From NCBI GenBank assembly GCA_002499185.1, contig DAKN01000010.1:4546-35389 (forward strand): a DNA stretch of 30,844 nt. The letters are read 5' to 3'. Of this stretch, positions 9,158-18,196 are shown piece by piece (position 1 is the stretch's first letter; every line of letters starts with the position of its first letter). The stretch is from Candidatus Pacearchaeota archaeon UBA284. Its GTDB lineage: Archaea; Nanobdellota; Nanobdellia; Pacearchaeales; UBA284. Under the pieces are notes generated by a model. It saw nothing but the letters and a program-made list of their open reading frames with translations. It had not been told where the DNA came from and did not search any database. A program made the translations under genes and the position numbers.

Positions 9158-9706
9158 ATGGAAAAGATATATTTAATTAGTAAAAATAAGGTTAAAATTG
9201 CATCTGCTCAAAGCGTATTTAATAAATATGGGATTGAGCTAATTCCTCTTGAAAAAGATTATCCAGAAATACAGGCTGATACAAGCTTAGAAATAGCTAG
9301 AACTGCTGCGCTTCAAGCAGCTAAAGAGGTCAATAGTCCAGCTATAAGAGAGGATCATAGTTTATATATCCATTCTTTAGGTATTCCTGGTCCATATACT
9401 CATTATATCGAAAAGATGTTACCCGTTCAAAAACTTCTAAAATTAATTAATCAATTTGAAGACAGAACAGGACATTTTGAAGCAGCCATTGTTTATGCTG
9501 AACCAAACGGAAAAACATTTGAATATGTATTCCATGTTCCAGTTAAGTTTTCAAAAGAAATTAAAGGTGACTCCCCTGCTTGGGATAATATATTGATGAT
9601 GGAAGATGAAACAAGAACATTTTCTGAGTATCCGCAAACAGGAAGAATTAATTATTGGACGAAAGGACATGAGGAGGTCGTAAAGTATATCAAAGAAAAC
9701 ATCTAA
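9158..9706 (+). CDS. Ham1/ITPase-like non-canonical NTP pyrophosphatase family protein (divergent)
   Basis: 182 aa. N-terminal LISKNKVKIASAQSVF, EIQADTSLEIARTAALQAAK, AIREDHSLYIHSLGIPGPY. This resembles the Maf/Ham1 fold pattern (xTxN-xK...E-Q/E...EDS-L). Confidence 0.45.
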   Translation: MEKIYLISKNKVKIASAQSVFNKYGIELIPLEKDYPEIQADTSLEIARTAALQAAKEVNSPAIREDHSLYIHSLGIPGPYTHYIEKMLPVQKLLKLINQFEDRTGHFEAAIVYAEPNGKTFEYVFHVPVKFSKEIKGDSPAWDNILMMEDETRTFSEYPQTGRINYWTKGHEEVVKYIKENI

Positions 9707-9726
9707 TAGTTTAGATGTTTTTATTT
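9697..9726 (+). terminator. AT-rich hairpin terminator after the Ham1-like gene
   Basis: AAACATCTA-atagtt-TAGATGTTT (perfect 9-bp stem) followed by TTATTTAT. The stop codon sits inside the stem. Confidence 0.4.
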
Positions 9727-9820
9727 ATAGAGCTTTATTGTTATCCTATTTCTTGAATAAGAGAGTTTCTATATAGTCTATTTTATAGGTATATTTTAAC
9801 AATAATTAAATTTTTGTAAT

Positions 9821-9880
9821 TGTTTTGAGAGAATTTATCAATTCTTCTTCAAGTTGTTTTATATCTTTGCGATATATTTA
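9821..9880. repeat. direct repeat copy A (~57 bp), includes last 7 codons of AstE/AspA-like gene
   Basis: tgttttGagagaatTtatcAattcttcttcaagttgtTttatatctttGcgatatatt. About 90 percent identical to 10651-10710. Confidence 0.7.
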
Positions 9881-10602
9881 CCCTTAAATCCAAAATAATT
9901 TTTGTAATTTTTTTCTCCAAAAAGAACAGGATAGAAATTTTCATCCGCTAATAACTTCTTGTTTTTATTGGTAGCATAAGTAGTCCCCTTTTTAACTAAC
10001 GTATAGTTTTTAATTTTATTGAGTAGTTTATATCCTTTTGGCTTTGAAACAATAGAAGTAACGTTAAAGTATTTTGTTGAGGTCTTGTTTTTGGGCAAGC
10101 TTATTTTAATTAGCCCGAAATGATTTAAAAGTTTTTTAATATCTAAAACAATTTTCTTTAAAGCAATTATGCTGTTATCTTTTCCATACTCAAAAGATAT
10201 TCCTATTTTTGCTTGAGAGATTAGAGAGTTTTTTGATTTCTCCATTATTATTACATATTTAGGCTGAATTGATTTTATATATTCCAACATTTCTTTATTA
10301 AGCTTGCTAACAATCAAAGTGTCTTTTATATTGCTTGTGGTTGAATGAATGTCGATAACAAGATCAGCCGATTTAATAATAGGACTTAATTCAAAGGCTC
10401 TTCTTTCTTCGTAATTACCATTTCTTTTCCCGGGGAAAGATCGATTTAAGTCTTGATCTATATATCTTTTGTTCAACTTTAAAGCTTTTTCGTTTCCTAT
10501 TTTAACAATGAGATTATCAATGTGTAATTTTTCTATTTCTTTTACTACTTTAAGGCCAATTTTTTCATTGCCGTGAGTAGCAATAACTAATAATATTTTC
10601 AT
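9859..10602 (-). CDS. succinylglutamate desuccinylase/aspartoacylase (AstE/AspA) family zinc hydrolase
   Basis: 247 aa. ILLVIATHGNEKIG (HGNE zinc ligand), DQDLNRSFPG, VIDIHSTT. Confidence 0.7.
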   Translation of the reverse strand: MKILLVIATHGNEKIGLKVVKEIEKLHIDNLIVKIGNEKALKLNKRYIDQDLNRSFPGKRNGNYEERRAFELSPIIKSADLVIDIHSTTSNIKDTLIVSKLNKEMLEYIKSIQPKYVIIMEKSKNSLISQAKIGISFEYGKDNSIIALKKIVLDIKKLLNHFGLIKISLPKNKTSTKYFNVTSIVSKPKGYKLLNKIKNYTLVKKGTTYATNKNKKLLADENFYPVLFGEKNYKNYFGFKGKYIAKI

Positions 10603-10650
10603 AGCAATAGTCTTAATATTTATTTTGAATAGAAATTAACTTTTAACGGC

Positions 10651-10710
10651 TGTTTTAAGAGAATCTATCCATTCTTCTTCAAGTTGTCTTATATCTTTAC
10701 GATATATTGT
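10651..10710. repeat. direct repeat copy B (~57 bp) upstream of AstE/AspA-like gene
   Basis: tgttttAagagaatCtatcCattcttcttcaagttgtCttatatctttAcgatatatt. A further inverted fragment of 14 nt (tatcgcaaagatat) lies at 10868-10881. Confidence 0.7.
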
Positions 10711-11013
10711 TTTAATTTTTAATAAATTAGAGGTTACGGTATTTTTTCTTGAAGTATTCTTATAAAGACGTTTAAAATTATTTTTACCATATTTTTTTAT
10801 TAAAAATTTAGTAAATGATCCTGATTGGAGATATATAATAGTCGGCTTTATATTCTTCTAATTGTTATTATCGCAAAGATATTTAATGAGATAAAGATTG
10901 TTATTTTTGTACCAAGAGATGTTTTATTTGTATTCCATGTTTTTAATATACCATAAAGATAAATATTAAAAAAATAATCTAGTTATTGGTTATTTATAAT
11001 TAAGGATTATCAG

Positions 11014-11709
11014 TCATTTATTAATGTTTTTTATTAATTGCTTCTTGCGCAATATTTTAAAAAAAACAATAGCCTCTTTTAATGAGGAGAGTATTCTGTC
11101 TGCGTTTGAAAAATTTTGAGTTGAAGTATATTCATTTGGAATAGAAAAACATTTAGCTCCAGCTGTTTTTGCAGACATTAATCCATGCTGAGTATCTTCA
11201 AAGGCTAAGCATTCTTTAGGTTTTAATCCCATTTTTTTAATAGTTAGTGAATAAATATCAGGACTTGGTTTTCCCCTTTTAACCTCATCGTCAGAAATAA
11301 TTATCGAGAAATATTTTAAAAAGTCATTATTTTTTAATTTTGCTATAGTTTCTTTCTTGTTTCCTCCAGAACATAAAGCAACGATAAAGTTAGAATTATT
11401 AGCAAAAAATTCTACAGATTCTCTACTGTAAGGCATTAATTCTAATTTTTTTTCATTAGCCCATTTTTCTATTAATTTTCTTTTGGCTTCCAATAGAACC
11501 CCATTTTTTATTTTTAAATTATAGTCTTTTATTAGTTCTCTTTCTACTGTTTTTCTATTTTTTCCAGCATAGCGACAATAAGCTTTTTTAGTTAATTTAA
11601 TGCCTAATTTTTGTAACGGCTTTGCCCATGCTTGCCATTGGTAATACTCGCTATTAAATAACGTCCCGTCTAAATCAAAAATTATACCTCTTATTTTATC
11701 TTTTTTCAT
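11014..11709 (-). CDS. HAD-IA hydrolase, beta-phosphoglucomutase-like
   Basis: 231 aa. GIIFDLDGTLFNS (motif I), AFEDTQHGLMSAKTAGAKC (motif III/IV). Confidence 0.8.
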   Translation of the reverse strand: MKKDKIRGIIFDLDGTLFNSEYYQWQAWAKPLQKLGIKLTKKAYCRYAGKNRKTVERELIKDYNLKIKNGVLLEAKRKLIEKWANEKKLELMPYSRESVEFFANNSNFIVALCSGGNKKETIAKLKNNDFLKYFSIIISDDEVKRGKPSPDIYSLTIKKMGLKPKECLAFEDTQHGLMSAKTAGAKCFSIPNEYTSTQNFSNADRILSSLKEAIVFFKILRKKQLIKNINK

Positions 11710-11711
11710 AG

Positions 11712-12737
11712 CTACTTTATTAAATATTTTTTAGGATTAATATATTTATTTTGTTTATTAGAAGTATAAACTGATTCGATAAAAGCCATATGGTTTAAAT
11801 GGAATTTTGGATTATTAGTATCTTCCCGGTTTTCAATTATTTTTAAAAAATATTCTAATTGATTTTTGTATGACGATATCCAATTATCTTCCCCAATAAA
11901 ATGTTTTTTTAATTTTCCGATAGGAGATAATAATTTAATTTTTCCCCTTTCAATACAGATGGTTCCTTTTGTCCCATACACATTAAAACATTCTTGTTTT
12001 GGAAATATGGTTTTTGATATTAGAGCTGATCCCCAAAATTTATTATTATCATTTTTATACTCAAACATAATTTTTGCAGTATCTTCCGTGTCGTATACAG
12101 CATTTTTTTTACCATTAAGAGATGTTTTAGCGATAATACTATCCGGTAATCCAAAATACCAAATTAACAAATCAATCATATGGTAGCCCATATCAATAAC
12201 GCACCCCCCTCCAGCTAATTGTTTATTGTTTCTCCAGTCTTTGGTTTGTTTTTTTGTAAATAAAGTATATTTTATATCAACATAAAATACTCGTCCTATT
12301 TTATTAATTAATTTAAAAAAAATAGAATATGCTGGATGAAACTTCCTTTGCGTGACTGTTAATAAGTGAATATGTTTTTTTCTAGCGAGTTCTTCTAATT
12401 TTTTCCCCTGTTTTAAAGATATAGCAAAAGGCTTCTCTTTTAAAATATGTAATCCTCTAGAGATAGATTTTTTAGATATTTTATAATGAGAGTCGTGTGA
12501 AGTAGAAATAATAATAAAGTCAATGTCTTTGTTGTTTTTAATAAATTCGTCAAAATTATTATAACCTTTTATATGTTTGTTATTTTTTAAAAAATAATTT
12601 AATTTGTTTTTATTTTTTTCGATTACACCTATTAATTTTATATTAGAAAAACTTTCAATAGTTTTAATATGAAAATTTAATGTTTGGGCGCCTATTCCAA
12701 AAATAGCACATTTATATATCCTTTTTTTCTTTATCAT
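11712..12737 (-). CDS. Gfo/Idh/MocA-family NAD(P)-dependent oxidoreductase
   Basis: 341 aa. Rossmann N-terminus CAIFGIGAQ, the EKP motif LKEKPFAIS, and a C-terminal alpha/beta domain. Confidence 0.8.
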   Translation of the reverse strand: MIKKKRIYKCAIFGIGAQTLNFHIKTIESFSNIKLIGVIEKNKNKLNYFLKNNKHIKGYNNFDEFIKNNKDIDFIIISTSHDSHYKISKKSISRGLHILKEKPFAISLKQGKKLEELARKKHIHLLTVTQRKFHPAYSIFFKLINKIGRVFYVDIKYTLFTKKQTKDWRNNKQLAGGGCVIDMGYHMIDLLIWYFGLPDSIIAKTSLNGKKNAVYDTEDTAKIMFEYKNDNNKFWGSALISKTIFPKQECFNVYGTKGTICIERGKIKLLSPIGKLKKHFIGEDNWISSYKNQLEYFLKIIENREDTNNPKFHLNHMAFIESVYTSNKQNKYINPKKYLIK

Positions 12738-13236
12738 GTTTTTTAGATAGAGAGTAAGCGTATCTCATTGTATATTCCATTAAATCACTCCAATTATGGT
12801 GAATTTTTTGAATAGAGTTTAATTTCTGTAATTTTCTATCAGTGGCTTCGAATTTATTTTCTAATGGTCCAATTTTGAAATCTGTAGATAGAAATGCGGC
12901 AATTGCACTAATCTTAGGGTATCTTTTATTTTTTTTATTTTCTTTTAATTTTAGTAATTTAAAATAGCCAATAAATTTAGCTGTTATTAATTTTGCACCA
13001 GTTTCTTCTTTTGTTTCTCTTTTAGCAGTTTCTAATAATGTTTCACCATTTTCTATGTGACCAGTGGGTATATCCCATCCCCTCGGTACTTTAGTTAAGA
13101 GAATTTTTTCGTTTCTAAAAATAAACATTTTAATTGCCGTGAAATGAATGTTTTTTGGTATTAAGCTGGTAGGAATAAACTCAATAGAGCTTTTGGTTTC
13201 CATCCAGAAATCTTTTGGAAATTTATTGGAGTTCAT
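12712..13236 (-). CDS. NUDIX hydrolase
   Basis: 174 aa. Nudix box GHIENGETLLETAKRETKEETG. Confidence 0.8.
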   Translation of the reverse strand: MNSNKFPKDFWMETKSSIEFIPTSLIPKNIHFTAIKMFIFRNEKILLTKVPRGWDIPTGHIENGETLLETAKRETKEETGAKLITAKFIGYFKLLKLKENKKNKRYPKISAIAAFLSTDFKIGPLENKFEATDRKLQKLNSIQKIHHNWSDLMEYTMRYAYSLSKKHDKEKKDI

Positions 13237-14491
13237 TTATTAATTTTTTATTATAGACTAATTCAGGAAACAGTGAGTTAATTTCAAAAATAACTTTATG
13301 TATCTTTTTAGTTATTTCATGATTTTTTAATATTTTTTCTATGATTTTAAGCTGTTGTGAAAAGTTTTTTTCTACTTTAAACGTAGTTTGTATTCGTACG
13401 CGTTTATCAGAAGAAAGAGGTAGTTTTGACATATCTTCAACTCGAGCAGAAATTATCCATTTATATTGCTTTAATTCATTTACCATTTTTTCTGCTTGTT
13501 TAATATTTTTTTTGAAAACAGGTAGTTGTATTACTACTCGATGGTTATTTTTTTCTGGTTGCCATTTTTTATTATCAATATATTGAAATATTGCATTAAA
13601 AGCATTGAATGGATAGCATGCTGCATTTATCATTGGATAACTACCAGTAAATCTAGTCATTGCCTCCATAATTTTCCATTTTTTATTATGTAAATCATAG
13701 AGTATTCCCTCGGTGGCAAAGTAGCCATTTATTTTATATTTTTTTGCTATAGACACAACTTCATTATAAATTGGTTTAATTGGTTTAAGATAGCCACATA
13801 TTTTTATCTTACTGTCGCCATGATCTAAAGACAAATTTGTACTTTCTTTTATCGACATTGGTAGCATAAGTAATTTGTTGCCCAAAGACAATAATTCAAA
13901 GGATATTTCTGGACCCTCTAAATATTCTGTTAAGATAGATTCCTTTATCCCTTGTTTTATCTGAGATTTATATTTAGAAAAAATATTTCTTCTTTTTTTT
14001 ATTAAATACATGCCAATTCCTCCAGTTAGATTGGTAGCTTTTAATACTGCTGGCCAGGAGTTTTTAAATTCTTTATTGATTAAACATTTTTTAGTAATCT
14101 TTATTGTATCTAATACATTATAACCATCGGACTTTAATTTTTTTGTTGCTGTCCATTTATTGGAAAATAATTTTGCCGAATGAAAAAATGGTCCTATAAA
14201 TTTACAGTTTTTAAATTTTTTATCGGCTGATAATAAATCAAATGTTTTTGCAATATTTTCTACACTATTGCTGACTGTATTTCTAGCAAAAGAAATTAAC
14301 GCTATTGGTCTATTTTTTGTGTTTTTCAAATAAAAATAAATTTCCTTTTTAATTTTAATAGAGCTTTTACATTTTTTATCTTTAATATCATCATCAATAT
14401 GGATAATTTTATATTTATGGTCGCGTGGAATAATTTCACAAAAAAGTTTACTATTTTTTCTGCCCCCAATTGTAAATATTATGTTTTCCAT
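13223..14491 (-). CDS. ATP-grasp domain protein (putative sugar/glycan-modifying ligase)
   Basis: 422 aa. WPAVLKATNLTGGIGMYLI (ATP-grasp glycine-rich loop), EYLEGPEISFE, FATEGILYD. Sits inside the sugar-modification operon. Confidence 0.5.
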   Translation of the reverse strand: MENIIFTIGGRKNSKLFCEIIPRDHKYKIIHIDDDIKDKKCKSSIKIKKEIYFYLKNTKNRPIALISFARNTVSNSVENIAKTFDLLSADKKFKNCKFIGPFFHSAKLFSNKWTATKKLKSDGYNVLDTIKITKKCLINKEFKNSWPAVLKATNLTGGIGMYLIKKRRNIFSKYKSQIKQGIKESILTEYLEGPEISFELLSLGNKLLMLPMSIKESTNLSLDHGDSKIKICGYLKPIKPIYNEVVSIAKKYKINGYFATEGILYDLHNKKWKIMEAMTRFTGSYPMINAACYPFNAFNAIFQYIDNKKWQPEKNNHRVVIQLPVFKKNIKQAEKMVNELKQYKWIISARVEDMSKLPLSSDKRVRIQTTFKVEKNFSQQLKIIEKILKNHEITKKIHKVIFEINSLFPELVYNKKLINELQ

Positions 14492-14494
14492 TTA

Positions 14495-15772
14495 TTATTT
14501 TTTTGTTGAATTATTTAGCAATTCGTTAAAGTTATTGTTTACTTTTTTAAACGCATCAATATATTGGTTAATTATATTTTTTGATTTTTTCCAATCCGTA
14601 AAAGTTGGTAGAGAAAGTCCTCTATTTCCAAGATATTCAGCATTGGGAAAGTCTCCGATTCGATAAGTTTTCTCGTTTTTTCTATTTTTAAACATTTTAT
14701 TTTCTTGTAAAGTATATAGTGGTAATGTAGATAAAGAATCTGATTGGGGTATTTTAATTTCAACCCCCTCTGCTTTTAGGGCTTCAACGTATTTTTCTCT
14801 GGGAATATTGTGAAATTTTTCTGGATTATATAATGGTTTGAATCCATACCAAGCACCCATATCAATATTTTTAGAAATATAAGGAACTGTAATCTCTGGA
14901 AATTGTTTTAATTTTTTTAAAAAATAATTTAAACATTTTTTTCTAGATATTAGTCTTTTTTTGAGTGCACATAGAGAATAAATAGCTGTGATAGCATTAT
15001 ATGGTGACATTCTTAATTTTAAACCATAGCCAGTAAACCAAAATTGTTGATAGAAATCATTAATGACATCGTTTTTAGCTCTATCACGATAATGGCCTAA
15101 AAGAATAGCTCTATCATTATATTCACTAGAATTAGTTACCAGTATTCCTCCTTCTCCAGCAAAAACTATTTTATTCGCCTGAAGGGAGAAAATTGCAATA
15201 TCTCCAAAAGTTCCAACCAATTTACCTTTATACTTACTACCATGAGCATGCGAACAGTCTTCAATTACCTTTAATTTATATTTTTTAGCAATAGACATTA
15301 TTTTATCCATATCTGCAGGGTGACCCCATTGATGGACAACAGTAATAACCTTTGTTTTATTTGTAATATTTTTTTCAATTAGGTTTGGATCTATACACCA
15401 AGTTTTAATATCAACATCTATAAGAATAGGGTTAGCTTTTAATATAAATATAGGGCTGATAGCTGCGTGATAGGTAAAAGCCGGAGCTATAATCTCATCG
15501 TCTTCGTCGACTCCTAAGGCAAAATATGCAGCTAATAATGCGGAAGTTCCTGAATTAAAAGTAATAGCATATTTTACTTTATTTTTAAGAAATTTTTTAA
15601 ATTTTTGTTCTAGTTCTAATATTGGCCCAGAGCTTCCTTTAATTGATATGTCTTTATCTCTTTGTAGCCCGAGAACTTTTTTTTCTTTTTTGTCTGATTT
15701 TGGGGGCCATACAAAATGCGGCTGACTAATTTTTACCGCCATAGGGCCGCCATTTATTGCTAGTTTGTTCAT
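14495..15772 (-). CDS. DegT/DnrJ/EryC1/StrS-family PLP-dependent sugar aminotransferase
   Basis: 425 aa. DDEIIAPAFTYHAAISPI, IEDCSHAHGSKYKGKLVGTFGDIAIFSLQANKIVFAGEGGILVTN (the SLQANK lysine is the PLP site). Confidence 0.85.
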   Translation of the reverse strand: MNKLAINGGPMAVKISQPHFVWPPKSDKKEKKVLGLQRDKDISIKGSSGPILELEQKFKKFLKNKVKYAITFNSGTSALLAAYFALGVDEDDEIIAPAFTYHAAISPIFILKANPILIDVDIKTWCIDPNLIEKNITNKTKVITVVHQWGHPADMDKIMSIAKKYKLKVIEDCSHAHGSKYKGKLVGTFGDIAIFSLQANKIVFAGEGGILVTNSSEYNDRAILLGHYRDRAKNDVINDFYQQFWFTGYGLKLRMSPYNAITAIYSLCALKKRLISRKKCLNYFLKKLKQFPEITVPYISKNIDMGAWYGFKPLYNPEKFHNIPREKYVEALKAEGVEIKIPQSDSLSTLPLYTLQENKMFKNRKNEKTYRIGDFPNAEYLGNRGLSLPTFTDWKKSKNIINQYIDAFKKVNNNFNELLNNSTKK

Positions 15773-16713
15773 AGTGATATGCTATTTATGCCGTTTATTA
15801 TTACTTTTAATGTTTGCAAATCATCATCCATATTATAAGTTTTGTTAAGTATTTTTTCTATAGTTGATTTTAGCTGTAAGTAGTATAGTTCTTTTTCAGA
15901 AATATCTGTTTCATAAGATTTTTCAATGTCATTAATTCTCAAGACAAGTTTTTTTCTATTTAATAATAGCCTGCCATTTTTGTAATTAACTATAATTTCT
16001 TCTGATTTTGGCTCTATACAACTTACGTGAACTGTTCCATTTAATTTATTAATTATAATGGCTGCCGTGGCAGAGTGGTCTGTTTTGTAATCCCAAGGTC
16101 TTTTACCTCCAATTTCCCATTTTAATTTAATATGATCTATTGTTCCGATAAGCCATTGTAATACTGTTATTGTGTGCCATCCCATATTTATCCAACATCC
16201 CCCACCAGCGGCTTCAATGTCCCAATACCAACTATTTTTATTATCGTCTATTGTGAATGTATACGAAAAAAATAAAGGTGAACAAAGTTTATCAATTTCT
16301 TCTTTAGCTTTTAAAAATAAAGGATTATACTTTCTTTGTTGTAGTGTTGCAATAAATAAATTATGTTTTTTAGCAAGATTAATAATTTTTTTTCCATCTC
16401 GATACGTTAAGGCAAGGGGTTTTTCTTTAATGATATTTATCTTTCTATTTAAAGCTTCAATAGATATTTTTTCATGAAGATAGTTTGGAGTTGCAATAAT
16501 GACGATATCTAATTCTGTGGACAATAGTAATTCTTTATAATTTGTAAAAAAGGGCACACCCTTAATGGCGGCCCCAGCATTAGTATCGCAGATAGCGACT
16601 ATATTAACTATATTTTCTTTTTCTAATTCGAAAAGCGCCTCTAAGTGTTTTTTACCCTGGTTCCCTACTCCGATTAAGCCTATTCTCAATGGTTTATCAG
16701 TGGAATTTAACAT
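15769..16713 (-). CDS. Gfo/Idh/MocA-family oxidoreductase (first gene of sugar operon)
   Basis: 314 aa. RIGLIGVGNQGKKHLEAL, EKP motif IKEKPLALT. The -10 TATAAT (16720-16725) ends 6 nt before the ATG, so probably leaderless. Confidence 0.8.
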   Translation of the reverse strand: MLNSTDKPLRIGLIGVGNQGKKHLEALFELEKENIVNIVAICDTNAGAAIKGVPFFTNYKELLLSTELDIVIIATPNYLHEKISIEALNRKINIIKEKPLALTYRDGKKIINLAKKHNLFIATLQQRKYNPLFLKAKEEIDKLCSPLFFSYTFTIDDNKNSWYWDIEAAGGGCWINMGWHTITVLQWLIGTIDHIKLKWEIGGKRPWDYKTDHSATAAIIINKLNGTVHVSCIEPKSEEIIVNYKNGRLLLNRKKLVLRINDIEKSYETDISEKELYYLQLKSTIEKILNKTYNMDDDLQTLKVIINGINSISL

Positions 16714-16719
16714 GATGAT

Positions 16720-16748
16720 ATTATAATAATTTAAAAAAATTTGTCAAG
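16720..16748 (-). promoter_or_regulatory. sigma70-type promoter of the sugar operon (TTGACA-16-TATAAT), -10 abutting the ATG
   Basis: Minus-strand read TTGACAaatttttttaaattatTATAATatcatcATG. Confidence 0.5.
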
Positions 16749-16753
16749 CTATA

Positions 16754-16782
16754 TTGACAAAAATATACAAATAGTGCATAAT
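16754..16782 (+). promoter_or_regulatory. sigma70-type promoter TTGACA-17-CATAAT for the SPFH-like gene
   Basis: TTGACA (16754-16759), a 17-nt spacer, CATAAT (16777-16782). Its -35 is separated by 5 bp from the -35 of the divergent minus-strand promoter, forming the palindrome TTGTCAAgctataTTGACAA. Confidence 0.55.
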
Positions 16783-16872
16783 AATAGTGTTCTTTGGCGG
16801 AGCCAAAGGATATTACGTTTACGTAATTTGAATCCTTTACATTTAAATATTCAGTTTACAGGAGTGAAAGAA

Positions 16873-18174
16873 ATGGCAAGCGAGATAAAAAAAGATAATG
16901 TTGTTAAGGAAAACGAAAAGAAGGTTAACCAACTCGGACCATTTTTAGTTGGGCTGGGTGCAATTTTATTAGTAGTAATTTTTTCTATTTTTATTCTTCC
17001 CCACTTCATCGGTCTATTTGCAATAATTTTGTCGCCGATAATTATTTTAACGGTCGCATTTCTTGTTTTATGGTTTATCTGGGCACCGAATATGGTGATC
17101 GGAACATTTATCCCAGAAGGATATTGCGTAATAATAACCAGAGGACAAGAGGAGGGCCAATTCGTTAAGGCGATGATAAAATGGAAAGGATGTACTATTG
17201 ATGGCAAATACAATATTATCGAAATGAAGCCTGGAGAAAAAGAAATGGACTACGTTGGCTTCTGGAGCAGAAGCCATATTGGTATGAATTTTTATTTTTG
17301 GCCATTTGATAGGATCTTTGCGTATGACCTCAAATGGAAACAATTTACCCATGACGAGAAGGTTGTGGACAGAGATGAACATCTCTATCGCGTCCTTTTG
17401 AAGCCTTATGTCTATTACATCGACATTAAAAATGCCGAAGATAAGGACAAGGTACCTCAAAACATGGGTATTGTTGCAGAGATGAAGATAGTTAATCCCT
17501 ATAAGGCAACATTCAAGATTCAGAACTGGTATCGTGCAGTTTCCAATCTCATCATCGGAGACCTTCGTGACTTTATCAGAACCAAGTCCTATGAAGAGCT
17601 TATTAATTCTGAAAAGAGCAAAGACTCTTTAAATGATATGATATGGAAGCAGAGAATCGAGATTGGTTTGGCAAAAGAAATAGAAGAAAACTACGGAGTC
17701 AAAATTATTAAACTTACCGTTGTTGAGATAAGTCCAGCCGATCCGGAGTATTCCAGAGCCACACTGAGAAAAATTATTGCCGAGAAAAACAAAGCGGCAA
17801 TTGAAGTTGAAGCTGATGCTGAGGCAATCAAGAGATCCAAGGAAACTATGGGCTTGGCTACAAGGATGTTTCTTGACCATACTAAAATGAAAGAACAAAC
17901 CATGGTGGACCTCATTTCCAGCAATCCAGAAGAGTTTGAGAAAAAGTACGGCAAGATGTTCAATAAATGCCTTGACCTTGTTCAAAGGGAGATGGCACTT
18001 GCCAAAGGTCGGTTAATTGATGTAAGGACTGATACTGCTGGAATAAAAGGAGGAGATCCCCTACTTACACTGATTGCAGCCAACAGTATGTTCAATAATC
18101 AGTCTAGTGGTGGAAAGTCAACGTCTAAGAAAAGAAATAAAGACAATGACGATGAAGAGGAATGTCCATTCTAA
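16873..18174 (+). CDS. membrane-anchored SPFH (band 7/stomatin/flotillin-like) domain protein
   Basis: The track ORF begins at TTG 16741 inside the promoter. The likely true start is ATG 16873, preceded by AGGAGTGAAAGAA. Two N-terminal TM helices, then FIPEGYCVIITRGQEEGQFVKAM (SPFH-like core), and a C-terminal Ala/Glu-rich helix AEKNKAAIEVEADAEAIKRSKE. Confidence 0.5.
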   Translation: MASEIKKDNVVKENEKKVNQLGPFLVGLGAILLVVIFSIFILPHFIGLFAIILSPIIILTVAFLVLWFIWAPNMVIGTFIPEGYCVIITRGQEEGQFVKAMIKWKGCTIDGKYNIIEMKPGEKEMDYVGFWSRSHIGMNFYFWPFDRIFAYDLKWKQFTHDEKVVDRDEHLYRVLLKPYVYYIDIKNAEDKDKVPQNMGIVAEMKIVNPYKATFKIQNWYRAVSNLIIGDLRDFIRTKSYEELINSEKSKDSLNDMIWKQRIEIGLAKEIEENYGVKIIKLTVVEISPADPEYSRATLRKIIAEKNKAAIEVEADAEAIKRSKETMGLATRMFLDHTKMKEQTMVDLISSNPEEFEKKYGKMFNKCLDLVQREMALAKGRLIDVRTDTAGIKGGDPLLTLIAANSMFNNQSSGGKSTSKKRNKDNDDEEECPF

Positions 18175-18196
18175 ATAATGGAAACAGCCTCTTTTT

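Noticed and set aside
10603-11013. Coding potential in the 410-bp AT-rich spacer (peptide ...IYRKDIRQLEEEWIDSLKTAVKS read through repeat copy B)
   Set aside because: In-frame stops occur within ~100 nt upstream and there is no start or RBS. It is better explained as a degenerate duplicate of the 3' end of the adjacent gene.
16741-16872. 477-aa version of the SPFH-like protein starting at TTG 16741
   Set aside because: That start lies inside the -35/-10 of the gene's own promoter. ATG 16873 with an AGGAG SD is the credible start.
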